NCBI GenBank assembly: GCA_964016885.1
Contig: OZ024740.1
Coordinates: 395,312,001-395,376,000, forward strand
Length of the DNA: 64,000 nucleotides
Direction of reading: 5' to 3'
From: Eledone cirrhosa
Lineage: Eukaryota
The number at the start of each line of letters is the position of its first letter. Position 1 is the first letter of the stretch. Below the pieces are notes generated by a model that saw nothing but the letters and a program-made list of their open reading frames with translations, searched no databases and was not told where the DNA came from. The position numbers and the translations under genes are program-made. Below, one piece after another: positions 42,829-58,599 of the stretch.

Positions 42829-42959
42829 ACAGTTGTAGTTGTAGTTGCAATAGTAGTAGTAGTAGTAGTAGTAACAGTTGTAGTTGCAATAGTAGTAGTA
42901 GTAATAATAATAGTAGCGGTAGTGGTAGTAGTAGTAGTAGCAGTAGTAGTAGTAGTAGC

Positions 42960-42990
<31 letters not shown>
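42620..42990. repeat. (TAG)n trinucleotide microsatellite
   Basis: Direct reading; explains the poly-S/V/L/Y ORFs. Confidence 0.97.
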
Positions 42991-43575
42991 AAGTAGCAAT
43001 GGTAGTGTTAATAGTAATAATATTGTTAATGCTTGTAGTAGTATTAGTTGTAACCATAGTAGTAGCAGTGATTAACGGAGGCGGTGATGGTATTAGCGCT
43101 CCTTCAACCACCACCACCATTACAAAACAGAAAGCCGCCATCACCACCACTAAGAAGATGATGAGAACGATGGCTCTCTTACAGTTGTTACAACATGCTG
43201 CTGCCGGCTCGTCTGGTGATACGAGCTAGCAAAGCAAAAGAAGACATTCAACGGATTTACTATTACTTTTATTTACAATAACATACTTTCATCAACGTAT
43301 TTTAAAACCTTCTTCTTAAGAAATTGTTATTATTAGTCTTTTTGGTGTGAACTTTTGTTTTGAGGAGTTTAGCCGAGGAGGACCATGTAATGGAAAGTTC
43401 AAAGTGAGATTATGGAATTCGGTATGGATCGTAATGCCCAACGCCGTTGCTTATTTAGGTAAGTTTAATTTCTACGTAAACACTGATGAAACAGTAATAG
43501 TTGTTGGGTTGAGTCGGGTGGGGTTAGGGTGGATGTAGGCAGGGGTCTGAAGAAAATAGAAAATACAATCGTGCC

Positions 43576-43686
<111 letters not shown>

Positions 43687-44267
43687 TTTTACATGCAGTT
43701 TGCAATGCGGTACATACCCTTCACCAACTGTCTATAGAATATATTCAACGAAGTACTTTCAATTGTCACTAATATACGCAACCTATATTATATATGTGTT
43801 AACATGCATATACATATATATATATATATATACAAGCATGTTAAATTGTGTATATATATACACACAACTTGTATCAACACTATAACTTTCTAATACAATA
43901 ATACACATACTCACATACATACGTAAACTGCAACATGTCAACATTACGCACACACAAATACTCTCACTTATGCATACCATATACACACATACATAACATA
44001 TTATTCATACATGCACTCACGCACTAACACGAAAACTACCGAGTGCATTTCCCAGTAACACGATAACATACTAACGCAAGCGTATGTACATACCGATGGC
44101 ACCCTATTAACCGCACCCATACATCAATACAACCAAGCACATACATTTAGACAAATACATCAACCGGTTTAAATAGTTACTCACACATACGCTACTGGCT
44201 CACACTGTCAAACACTGGCACATGGTCATACTAAAATATACATATCTATTTGTTCATATTCATTTAT

Positions 44268-45123
44268 TTCGTTATATATATATTGAGCATTATATATATA
44301 TATATTGAGTGTTTTATATATATATTATATATATACATTATATATATATATTATATATATACATTATATATATATATTATATATATATATTATATATATA
44401 TATATTATATATATATATTATATATATATATATTATATATATATTATATATATATTATATATATATATATTATATATATATATATATTATATATATATTA
44501 TATATATATTATATATATATATATATTATATTATATATATATATATATTATATATATATATATATTATATATATATATATATTATATATATATATTATAT
44601 ATATATATATATTATATATATATATATATTATATATATATATATAATATTATATATATATATATTATATATATATATATTATATATATATATATATTATA
44701 TATATATATATTATATATATATATATATTATATATATATATATATTATATATATATATATATTATATATATATATATATTATATATATATATATATTATA
44801 TATATATATATATTATATATATATATATTATATATATATATATTATATATATATATATATTATATATATATATATTATATATATATATATATTATATATT
44901 ATATATATTATATATATTATATATATTATATATATTATATATATATATATATTATATATATATATATATTATATATATATATATATTATATATATATATT
45001 ATATATATATATATATTATATATATATATATATTATATATATATATATATTATATATATATATATTATATATATTATATATTATATATATATATATTATA
45101 TATATATATATATTATATATATA

Positions 45124-45166
<43 letters not shown>

Positions 45167-45558
45167 ATATTATATATATATATATTATATATATATATAT
45201 ATTATATATATATATATATTATATATATATATATATTATATATATTATATATATTATATATATATATATATTATATATATATATATTATATATATATATA
45301 TTATATATATATATATATTATATATATATTATATATATATATATATTATATATATATATATTATATATATATATTATATATATATATATATTATATATAT
45401 ATATATTATATATATATATATTATATATATATATATATTATATATATATATATTATATATTATATATATTATATATATATATTATATATATATATATATT
45501 ATATATATATATATTATATATATTATATATATATTATATATATTATATATATATATAT

Positions 45559-45611
<53 letters not shown>

Positions 45612-45964
45612 ATATATATATGTTATATATATTATATATATTATATATATATATATATGTTATATATATTATATATATATATATATATATTATATATATT
45701 ATATATATATTATATATATTATATATATATATATATTATATATATTATATATATATATATATTATATATATTATATATATATTATATATATTATATATAT
45801 TATATATATATATATATTATATATATTATATATATTATATATATATATATATTATATATATATATATTATATATATTATATATATATATATATATTATAT
45901 ATATATATATATATTATATATATATATATATTATATATATATATATATTATATTTATATATATA

Positions 45965-46009
<45 letters not shown>

Positions 46010-46109
46010 ATATTATATTATATATTTATATTATATTATATATATATATATATTATATTATATATATATTTATATTATATATATACATATATTATATATT
46101 ATATATATA

Positions 46110-46152
<43 letters not shown>

Positions 46153-46218
46153 ATATATTATATATATATTATATATATATATATATTATATATATATTAT
46201 ATATATATTATATATATA

Positions 46219-46261
<43 letters not shown>

Positions 46262-46288
46262 ATATATTATATATATATATATATTATA

Positions 46289-46331
<43 letters not shown>

Positions 46332-46384
46332 ATATATTATATATATATTATATATATATATATATTATATATATATTATATATA

Positions 46385-46427
<43 letters not shown>

Positions 46428-46598
46428 ATATTATATATATTATATATATATATATTATATATATTATATATATATATATTATATATATTATATATATATA
46501 TTATATATATATATATTATATATTATATATATATATATTATATATATATTATATATATTATATATATATATTATATATATATTTATATATATATATAT

Positions 46599-46630
<32 letters not shown>

Positions 46631-46999
46631 ATATATATTATATATATATATATTATATATATATATTATATATATATATATTATATATATATATTATATA
46701 TATATTATATTATATATATATATATTATATTATATATATATATATTATATATATATATATATATTATATATATATATATATTATATATATATATATATAT
46801 TATATATATATATATTATATATATATATATTATATATATATTATATATATATATTATATATATATATATATATTATATATATATATTATATATATATATA
46901 TTATATATATATATATTATATATATATATATTATATATATATATATTATATATATATATATTATATATATATATATATTATATATATATATATATATTA

Positions 47000-47083
<84 letters not shown>

Positions 47084-47142
47084 ATATATATATATATTAT
47101 ATATATATATATTATATATATATATATTATATATATATATAT

Positions 47143-47174
<32 letters not shown>

Positions 47175-47563
47175 ATATTATATATATATATTATATATAT
47201 ATATATTATATATATATATATATTATATATATATATATATTATATATATATATATATTATATATATATATATATTATATATATATATATATTATATATAT
47301 ATATATTATATATATATATATATTATATATATATATATTATATATATATTATATATATATATATATTATATATATATATATTATATATATATTATATATA
47401 TATATATATTATATATATATTATATATATATATATATTATATATATATATATATTATATATATATATATATTATATATATATATATATTATATATATATA
47501 TATATTATATATATATATATTATATATATATATATATTATATATATATATATATTATATATAT

Positions 47564-47597
<34 letters not shown>

Positions 47598-47640
47598 ATA
47601 TATTATATATATTATATATATATATATATTATATATATAT

Positions 47641-47672
<32 letters not shown>

Positions 47673-48224
47673 ATATATTATATATATATATATTATATAT
47701 ATATATATATTATATATATATATATATATTATATATATTATATATATATATATATTATATTATATATATATATTATATATATATATATATTATATTATAT
47801 ATATATATTATATATATATATATTATATTATATATATATATTATATATATATATATATATTATATATATATATTATATATATATATATATATTATATATA
47901 TATATATATTATATATATATATTATATATATATATTATATATATATATATATATTATATATATATATATATTATATATATATATTATATATATATATATA
48001 TATTATATATATATATATATTATATATATATATTATATATATATATATATTATATATATATATTATATATATATATATATTATATATATATATATATTAT
48101 ATATATATTATATATTATATATATATTATATATATATATATATTATATATATATATATATTATATATATATTATATATATATATATATTATATATATATA
48201 TATATTATATATATATTATATATA

Positions 48225-48277
<53 letters not shown>

Positions 48278-48285
48278 ATATATAT

Positions 48286-48316
<31 letters not shown>

Positions 48317-48891
48317 ATATATATTATATATATATATATATATTATATATATATATATATTATATATATATTATATATATATATATATATTATATATATA
48401 TATATATTATATATATATATATATATTATATATATATATATATATTATATATATATATTATATATATATATATATATTATATATATATATATATATTATA
48501 TATATATATATATATTATATATATATATTATATATATATATATATATTATATATATATATATATATTATATATATATATATTATATATATATATATATTA
48601 TATATATATATATATTATATATATATATATATTATATATATATATATATTATATATTATATATATATATATATATTATATATATATATATTATATATATA
48701 TATATATTATATATATATATATATATTATATATATATATATATATTATATATATATATATTATATATATATATATATTATATATATATATATATTATATA
48801 TATATATATATTATATATATATATATATTATATATATATTATATATATATATATATATATTATATATATTATATATATATTATATATATAT

Positions 48892-48955
<64 letters not shown>

Positions 48956-49077
48956 ATATATTATATATATATTATATATATATATTATATATATATATAT
49001 ATTATATATATATTATATATATATATTATATATATATATATATTATATATATATTATATATATATATATATATATTA

Positions 49078-49120
<43 letters not shown>

Positions 49121-49147
49121 ATATATTATATATATATTATATATATA

Positions 49148-49190
<43 letters not shown>

Positions 49191-49252
49191 ATATATTATA
49201 TATATATTATATATATATATATATTATATATATATTATATATATATATATAT

Positions 49253-49286
<34 letters not shown>

Positions 49287-49357
49287 ATATATTATATATA
49301 TATATATATTATATATATATTATATATATATATATATATTATATATATTATATATAT

Positions 49358-49389
<32 letters not shown>

Positions 49390-49416
49390 TATATATATTA
49401 TATATATTATATATAT

Positions 49417-49450
<34 letters not shown>

Positions 49451-49484
49451 ATATATATATTATATATATTATATATATATATAT

Positions 49485-49518
<34 letters not shown>

Positions 49519-49974
49519 ATATATTATATATATATATATATTATATATATATATATATATTATATATATATATATATTATATATATATATATATTATATA
49601 TATATATATATTATATATATATATATATTATATATATATATATATTATATATATATATATATTATATATATATATATATTATATATATATTATATATATA
49701 TATATTATATATATATATATATTATATATATATTATATATATATATTATATATATATATATATTATATATATATATATATTATATATATATATATATTAT
49801 ATATATATATATTATATATATATTATATATATATATATATTATATATATATATATTATATATATATATATATAATGTATATATATATTATATATATATTA
49901 TATATATAATGTATATATATATTATATATATATTATATATATAATATATATATATATATAATGTATATATATAT

Positions 49975-50008
<34 letters not shown>

Positions 50009-50667
50009 ATATATATTATATATATATAATATATATATATATATATAATGTATATATATATAATATATATATATATATAATGTATATATATATAATATAT
50101 ATATATATATAATGTATATATATATAATATATATATATATATAATGTATATATATATAATATATATATATATATAATGTATATATATATAATATATATAT
50201 ATATATAATGTATATATATATAATATATATATATATATAATGTATATATATATAATATATATATATATATAATGTATATATATATAATATATATATATAT
50301 ATAATGTATATATATATAATATATATATATATATAATGTATATATATATAATATATATATATATATAATGTATATATATATAATATATATATATATATAA
50401 TGTATATATATATAATATATATATATATATAATGTATATATATATAATATATATATATATAATGTATATATATATAATATATATATATATAATGTATATA
50501 TATATAATATATATATATATAATGTATATATATATAATGTATATATATATAATGTATATATATATAATATATATATATATTATATATATAATATATATAT
50601 ATATTATATATATTATATATATATATATTATATATATATATATTATATATGTATATATATTATATAT
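44268..50667. repeat. ~6.4-kb compound (TA)n array with single-T interruptions and a distal higher-order block
   Basis: Direct reading; ~28-bp unit taatgtatatatatataatatatatata at ~50030-50560. Confidence 0.97.
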
Positions 50668-52733
50668 TGAGCATTTATTACCAAAGATAATGGATAAAAA
50701 CCATCACCTCTTTTATAAACTAGTGTGAATTTGACACCCGCTTCCTTTTTTCTTCATTATATTTCATTTAAATAGATTGTTTCATATGCCCTAAATTACA
50801 TCCATCCAGGTTCCGATTTCAAATCGACTTTGTCTTTTATTCATACTCTGCCTTCTAAAATGTGTATATCTTCTAACCTTAGTACTAATTTCATATCGTA
50901 AAGAAACGGATAAACGATATATCTCCCTCATATCCCCGAAATAGAACTCTTAAGGCAAGTTATTCCTTACATTTAGATAAAGTGATGCAATGTAGAAATG
51001 AAATGTTCTTAGAAACATTAATAGCAGGTTCGAACCCATGACTCATGAGCAGGTGGTCTGCTACTATATATACTCGAATGTTTCGCGATTAACGCTCAAT
51101 TAAATGAATTTATCGAATAATTCTTTATTGTTATTAATTGTAACTTACATCTCTCCCAATGTTAAACGTTATTGTATTTTTTAAACATTTATGTTTGCAT
51201 ATAACTGTTTCAAGATTTTGTTTATAAACGTCTTCTTATACTGTACACTCACCTTTCAGCACAAAATACACACTGACAACAACGAGACAGTTTAAACACT
51301 CAATACATACGGTGATGTTTGCACGAATATTGATTTTATACACGCATAAAGATGTATACTTTAACACAGTATATTTGCGCTTTCTCAACAACACACACAC
51401 ATTTATATCTAAGATATGTGTGTATGTGTGTGCGCATGCGAGTTCTCATAGATATTACCACGCGTGTACTATGGTAGCTAAATAATATACAAATACAAAC
51501 ACGTTTTAACAAGAACGTGTAAAGAGTTTCATAAATGCAGTAGCACACATACAGTTAAATAGACAAACAGACAACATATTCACATTAATACGAGTCACCT
51601 AGAGAGCATGTATGTAGTGGCGTGGTTTACTAGAAATAGCAATCAACTCCCTCAAAATGTACTTTATGCATTAGATAATGTGGTCCCACCGAACCCTAAA
51701 AAGGACAGTAACGCCAGGGATGCTTTTGATCATAAGATCGTTTGATGAGGGTTTACCTAGGGCTAATGAATGGAAAGAATATTCATGCTCTAATTGGAAT
51801 TGTGTGCGCATTTCATGCATATGCACGAGCGTGCAAGCATCAAAACTAGCACACACATGTCGGTTCATAATAACTAACACACACATACTATCGGGTATAG
51901 TGAGAGAGACATACATGTATTATTAATCAACTACTTGATTACACAAGCATTAGTGCAATTTGTGTAATTGCAAGGTCTCCTTTTTAGTTGAAGGGGTGAG
52001 AGAAAGAAAACCTGCCTTTTTAAACATAATATAGATGAGGTGAAGTGTCTTCTACCTGGTATTGAAATCGGATCTCGGGTTTAGCTCACCTAGCTTATCG
52101 TTATATTACCGAAGTATATAGGCAGATATACAATCTACAGTTTCATAAACATAAACGTATTCTATTGTAAACATACACTCGTAAACGCTTTCATAAACAC
52201 ACGCTCTTTCATAAAGTAAAAACTAAACAGATGGTACTACGTCTGTTACAACGATGAGTAGTTCGTTGTTCGATCAACTGAACTGCCTACTCATTGAATC
52301 ATGATATGACTCAATGTTCCACATATCCATAACACAATTCTCGAGGAGATTCAGCATAATCTATCCTACAGGCTTCCACATTGTTGACACACAAGCCTAG
52401 GTCCACCCGACACTTGCTCAAGATGCGATGCAATGAGATCGAACTCGAAATCTCGTGATTGTGAAGAAAGCTCCTTAACAACAGTCATGTCGGCGTCCAT
52501 CCATTCACTCGCTATTTTTTCATAAACACACACCTTCGCACACACTTTCATAAGTATAAACAAATTCAGACACACACTTTCATAAACATATACGCAGTCA
52601 CATACACACTATTTCCTATATATATATAAATTCATTGACACATAAACATATACGTATTACTAGATAAAACCGGCCCTATATTGTAGTGGAGTAGATTGCA
52701 AATAGAATGTTGTGGTGTACATAGCTTTCCATA

Positions 52734-53125
52734 GTGCCTTTGCAGAACTCGAATATTCGGGTGCATAGCCACTTGTTCCTAGGTACAGCTTACCACTGCG
52801 GCGATGGTAGACGCCCAGGTGGGATGACCCTTAACCCGTTCGAGGTAAGTCGCTCATCTGTTGTGAGATATTTCTGGCACCAGCCTTGTCGCTTCGAACA
52901 TGAACTCGGGTGTTGAGTAGTTGAGGTTACATACCAGTTATTAACGGTTAGATTCCATATTGTGTCGATTGCTGTTAAGACCACCGGTGTCCGTGATCCC
53001 TGGGACTATCGCTTTCATCTGCTAAATTGGGTTCAGGGCATCGAGGAGGAATGGCTGATACAGCAGAGATCGCTGGCTGTTCTTCGAGGCAACGCTTTTA
53101 CGGTGGTGCCCGTATGGCTTAGCGG
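52734..53125 (+). mobile_element. CRE-clade non-LTR retrotransposon REL-endonuclease remnant
   Basis: GDGRRPGGMTLNPF (cf. DGKRPDGxTLxPW) and EWLIQQRSLAVLRGNAF (cf. QRxSxAVQRGNA), degenerate. Confidence 0.65.
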
Positions 53126-53990
53126 AGGTATGATGTTTGTGGTGTGAAGTAATTTGTTTGATTTTACTTAGTATATTTATCAAGAAATTATAAGCGGCAC
53201 ATCCCAAACAAAAATATTTTTACACAAAAATGTTATTTTTCTAGTGTCATTTGTAGTATGTATATTTTATATTATTGCTGTATATAGATAAGATTATTTT
53301 CAAATAGAAAGAAAGGGCACATTAGATAGATAATGAGGTTATAACTAGTGTAGTCGCTACAAGAACGCTTTTGATATGACTTCGTGATTAGGATTAACTT
53401 CGGGCTAAACAACGAACGGTTGATTTCATCTTGAATTTTGGATAAGCCCAAAGGAAACAGATGCATGTCACCTTCATGTATTTCCTGAAGTTGGTTTAAC
53501 TGAAGTAAACTTGTTCTGCTTTATCTGGAGTTTTATCTCTTGTTCGAGACAACATATATAAGGCGAACACACATTCGTGTCTATAGGTAGTACGAAAGGC
53601 CCATATACAGACATTCTTTTATTGTTTGGGCACCACCTTGAACCACAGTACTTATATTATCAAATCTAATACATATTTTATTGAATTCTTTTTTGTCCAA
53701 CCGTTAAGTTACTGGGCACAAACCGACAAGGCATTGTCGAAGCTATGGTATATGATACTTGTTCAAGGTAACACGCAGTTGGTCTGAACTCGAAACTACA
53801 ACCATGACTATACATTGGCATACCAGACAATTTTACAGCTGAGTGAACTGGAGTAACGTGAAATAAAGTATCTTGCTCAAGAACTCAACGAATCGCCCAA
53901 TCCTGGAATCGAACTCACAACCTCACGATTGTTAATTCAATACAATAACCACTAAGCCACGCGCCTTCACATATTATATATATGTATATA

Positions 53991-54135
53991 TATTCATTCT
54001 AAATACGAGTATTGTTACTCTGGAGTTTCACCTGCTTCTCATAGGGTCATCAGAGCACTATTTAATCTTAATAAAATGAATATTTAAACTCTACTTCGGT
54101 ATTGAGTAGTCTTTTCTATCAGCTGCCAACTACAT

Positions 54136-54140
<5 letters not shown>
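53991..54140. mobile_element. Small TA-flanked PLE-type relic with a minus-strand HHR core (~54009-54060)
   Basis: Revcomp CTGATGA-c-cct-atgagaagc-agg-t-GAAA-ctc-ca-gag-TA; stem I imperfect; plus-strand tail motif actctact..gtattgagta resembles the family E tail. Confidence 0.55.
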
Positions 54141-54193
<53 letters not shown>

Positions 54194-56404
54194 ACACACA
54201 CACACACACTCACATATATTTGCATGCGTGGGTGGATGTACAGTAGTGAGTTAGCATTATAGAAAAATAAGTTACGTGTTCTGCATTTTCAGGGCCTTGA
54301 AGGACGAAACACCAATTAAAAGGCATGTTTTCAATATCTGAAAGATCTTCCGGTGTAATATTTGAACAGGAGCCACCAAGTTTTATATATCTTACGGCCT
54401 CATTAAATCTAAATCTGACCCTGGGTTGTACAATGTAATTTAAAAAGGTTCTTCCATAAAATTATAAAGGGAAGTTTTAATTTAGAATTGATCATTTCAA
54501 AACCCTGTTTTGTAGCATAGAAATATAATTTACATTATCCTGATAGTTGTTTAAATTTGAATACAAAGAAAACACCGAAAAGAGATCATTTTATGACCAA
54601 GTGTTTATGTTTATCTAAAATCCTTCCACCATAATTTTATGTTCGAACCTTTATTAAGTTATCTCCATCTTAATAATGTGAAAATTAGTTATGTTACCTA
54701 ATGCATGCAAGAGCACAGCTTCCACACAAAAATATGTAACGAACATGTGACGAGTTTAATGGTTTAATTGGCACTGGCACTCGGTATCGGATTATATGAG
54801 CAGTCATAATGGCAATATAATTATATGAGCAGTCATAATGGCAATATAATTCATTTTGTTCGATTCTTTGTTATGTTTTGTCATCTAAGCTAGTCAAAAT
54901 ATTTGTGAAATTACTGATCATGGAAAGTGATATTTCCCAAAGAAATGTGGTGTGATGTAAAGAAATCCCTTGATTCTCAAGGCATCAAATTTTAGGATGA
55001 ATAGAATCGCTAAAATGTATACAATAAGGGACCTCGGTGTGACTAACCTTGCTTTTCATTATCCAGGGAGAGGCTAATAAACTAAACAGTCAAGTACTGT
55101 GCTATATTTGATCTACTATAACCTCTTCCCCCAAAATATCTGATCTTGTGCCAATATTGATTTCTAATTTAAGCCCAAGGCCAACACATTTTAGTGGAGC
55201 AAAGTTGATTAAATAGAACCAATTACTTGACCCATATTTTATTTTATCGAGCCCGGAAGACAAAAAGCAAAGTTAACCTCAGCGGCATTTGAACTCTGAT
55301 TGTAAAGAGCCAGAACAAATACTGCAGTTGCATTTTATCGGACGCTCTACCATTTCGTCCTATTCACTAATATCACATATCAATATTAGAACGATGAGTG
55401 TCAACTACAAAGTTTTGTAAGCACACGTCAAAGAGTTGGATCAAATTACAGAATAGAATACAGCCGCATATTTTGCATATCCATCCAATATCGTGAGAAA
55501 TATTATCAAGAAAAAACCAGCAAAATGTCAAATACCTTGTGGTATTTGTTCCAGCTCTGCAGTTAAAATCGATGCCCACGTTAAAGTTGCCTTCCCCTCT
55601 CCGGAGTCGATAAATAAAATACTAGTCAAGTATTTCTCTCTTTCTTTCATTCTGCGTCGCCTTCTCCCCCCTCTCTGCCTCCCTCTCCCCCTCCCTCATC
55701 TCTCTCCATCTCCCCCTCTCTCTTTCTGAAATGGTTACGTTATTCTGCGAAAAGAGTTGTAAGAATCCGCCCACAGTGTCCTTTCTCTAAAAATGGAAAT
55801 GTGTTTAGCGAGGAGCTAGCAGCCTCTTCTCATAAAAAGCTGATCTATTACTGGAATCGTCCAAGAACAAGCTTTTGTGCAGTACAGCTCGAATCGGAAA
55901 TGAGGGGATTATCACGAAAGTCTTTTTTTTTTTTAATACTGTATTTGAATTTAAGGCATATTTTTCTGCTTCTATGCACCGTTGCTGCATTATCTAACAG
56001 TAGCATTAGTTCGCAAATTAAGGTGCTGAAATATCAGTTGATCAGCACGTTATAACACGCCTTTCAGCTATAAAATATATCCTGAATGATATTAGAATGT
56101 CACCAGCACGTTCGTGATCAACTAAAAACTAAAGCGATGATCATAATGTAAAATTAAATGCTACAGTGATTTCAAATATCCACTGTTAATTTGCATTGTT
56201 CTTACCAGTATTGAAACAAAAAGTTTGAGTCTCTGTCTGCGTATATTTAAATGGCGCAATTTACTTCTCGATATATTTTCATTTTACTTTTTGATGGCGA
56301 GGCATAAGCATAATGGAAAAGGAGGGGCTTATGGCGTTCTGGGGAGGAATGAATGGGTGTATTGGTTAATGTGAAGCTGGGCGGGGGGGGGGGGGGGGGG
56401 GGTA

Positions 56405-56760
56405 TGTTATCTTAAAATGAATAAGATGGGAAAAAGGAACTGAATCTTTGGGTACACCAGTTGATAGACAGACTGTGGATAAGAGAAAGCTTCATCATGA
56501 TGGAGTGATTTGACAGGAAGCCACTGTTGCAAGACGCGAGAGACAGATGAAGCTTGCAGGCGGTCAATTTTGATTGGAAATTTACATACCAGACACGTTC
56601 GAAAGCTTTATTGGTGTCGAGAGCATCAACACTGTTTTCACCAAACATCTCGAGGTCAAATGCCGTCTGATGTGTGACAAGGTGTATGTCTCTGGTAGAT
56701 CTAGTCTAGTTTTAAGAAAACTGTACTGGCGGTAGTCTTTAAGGAGGAAGAGAGAGATTT
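56405..56760 (-). mobile_element. Degenerate CR1/Jockey-group LINE RT fragment
   Basis: ALDTNKAFERVW...SKL...SGFLSNHSI (cf. LDISKAFDRVWH..LLxKL...SFLSNRS), upstream QY.F...RST. Confidence 0.6.
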
Positions 56761-58599
56761 AAGCTGATAAAGTTTCCGCTCTGAGAATAACTTTTCCCTA
56801 CATCTTACCAGTCTCGGGGGCCCTGAAAAGTATCGGAGGCGCTGCCCTTCCTCTTCTGACCGAGTAAAAGAAAAGAAAGAAAAAAAGTGAAAACGTGTGA
56901 TTCTGTTTTACAAATCATAATTGACGTTCATTTTGAATTTTGTTTTCCAAATGTAGAAACCGCTTTACAAATTTAGTTTAGCTGGTACGTTTACAAATTG
57001 CAGTTATTTTCAAAGATTAGATTGGTATTAAAGAGAGAGAGGTGGGGAGATAACTAAGGAAGCAGCAATTTGAACAGTCTTGCTTTAATGAATACTGAAC
57101 ATTAAACATCAGAGGGGGATAAACATTCCCTGTATTATTAACAACTTTGCACTTGCCAAATATCGAAAATATAATATCATTGGGATGTCACGTTTAATTT
57201 GAAATAGTTCTATTGTAAATGTTTTCCCGTTACTTATATATAATCTCGAGATACACGCCTGTTTGTAGTATACAGTGAACACAACGTTATGTTCTTTTAC
57301 TATTCTGTTGTAATTGTCTAGTAGTTCATGAAATAAATATAAATGTAACTAAATAGGGATTCTTTTAAACAAATGTCACAGGCATCACATTAGCTTGATT
57401 CGATTCCTAACTATGTGGCTTTATATGTAAATACACACGCATGACCCATCATAAGAAAAAGCATGATCATGTGAAACACATTTTTAAATAGATCTGTTTG
57501 TGGATGACAATTTGAGCATGTATGTGAGGGGATGCCCCCCCCCCCCCACATATACACTTCTCTCTCTCATACAGTGTGGCAGACATATCTACCCTCTAGT
57601 CAACGTTATATCAGCAACTATCTACCTATGTATCTATCTTCGGACAATAAACATATCTATATATCTACCTAACTGTCTATCTGTTTATCAATCTGTTTGT
57701 CTGTCTATTTATCTACCCACATAAATCTATCTGCTTATCTATCTATATATCCCTAATAAAGAAATCAATCTATTTATATATCCATGTATATCTACCAATG
57801 TATCTATCTTCGGACAAGAAACGTTAACAACAACGAAGTACGAATACCTATAGCATAGCTACCCAAAGATAGATATGAAGAATAAAGTCATCGTAATTTA
57901 GTGGGTATATTTTTTATTGTGATTATTGATAATATGAAAGAAAGGCGAATTGGCAGAGTCGTTAGAACGTTGGATAGACTGCTTTATGTTATTCGTCCCG
58001 GCTCTCTGAGTTCAAATCCCGTCGAGGTCAACTTTGCCTTTTATCCTTTTGAGGTCAATAAAATAAGTACCACTCTAGTACTGGAGTGGATTCTTCCTTA
58101 TATCTTTTTCTCACTTTCTATCTTTCTCTCGAAGTACTCAGCTGTACTCAGGCCTGGAGTGGGGTGTGGCTTAAAGTGCCCAAGAAACGCAGTATGCCAA
58201 TACGGTGCCCTTAGAACTCTATCAGGAGTTACGGGACCATACATACCTACATATTCTGCTCTACTATGGTATTGAGTATTTTCTCCATGACCAGATTTTC
58301 ACCCTTAGCTACGCACACACACACACTCGCACACACTCGCACACACAGACACACAGACAGACACACAGACAGATTTCTGTTTATTTGCCACTAGGGCACA
58401 AAAGAAAGGGACATGTACATGGGTGGGGGGAGTTTACATAAAAATCAAGAAAAATATAACAAACAAAATAGTAACAAGAAGGTCCTCAATAGGGAGGGAT
58501 CGTTTTGGGGTCACACACACACACACACACCCGAAAAAAAGTGTGCGACCCTTCTCCACGGGAGCACAAAGAGAGGGTGCTCCCTTCTTCCTGTTCCAC

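Noticed and set aside
42462-43229. 255-aa Ser-rich ORF with an apparent transmembrane segment
   Set aside because: Derived from the (TAG)n microsatellite and its degenerate flank
44250-49909. 1874-aa and 1866-aa Ile/Tyr ORFs (and similar ORFs at 17-18, 22, 27, 30, 32-33 kb)
   Set aside because: Translations of (TA)n arrays lacking stops; not proteins
54791-54852. Two-copy ~30-bp tandem duplication
   Set aside because: Ordinary local slippage, no further structure
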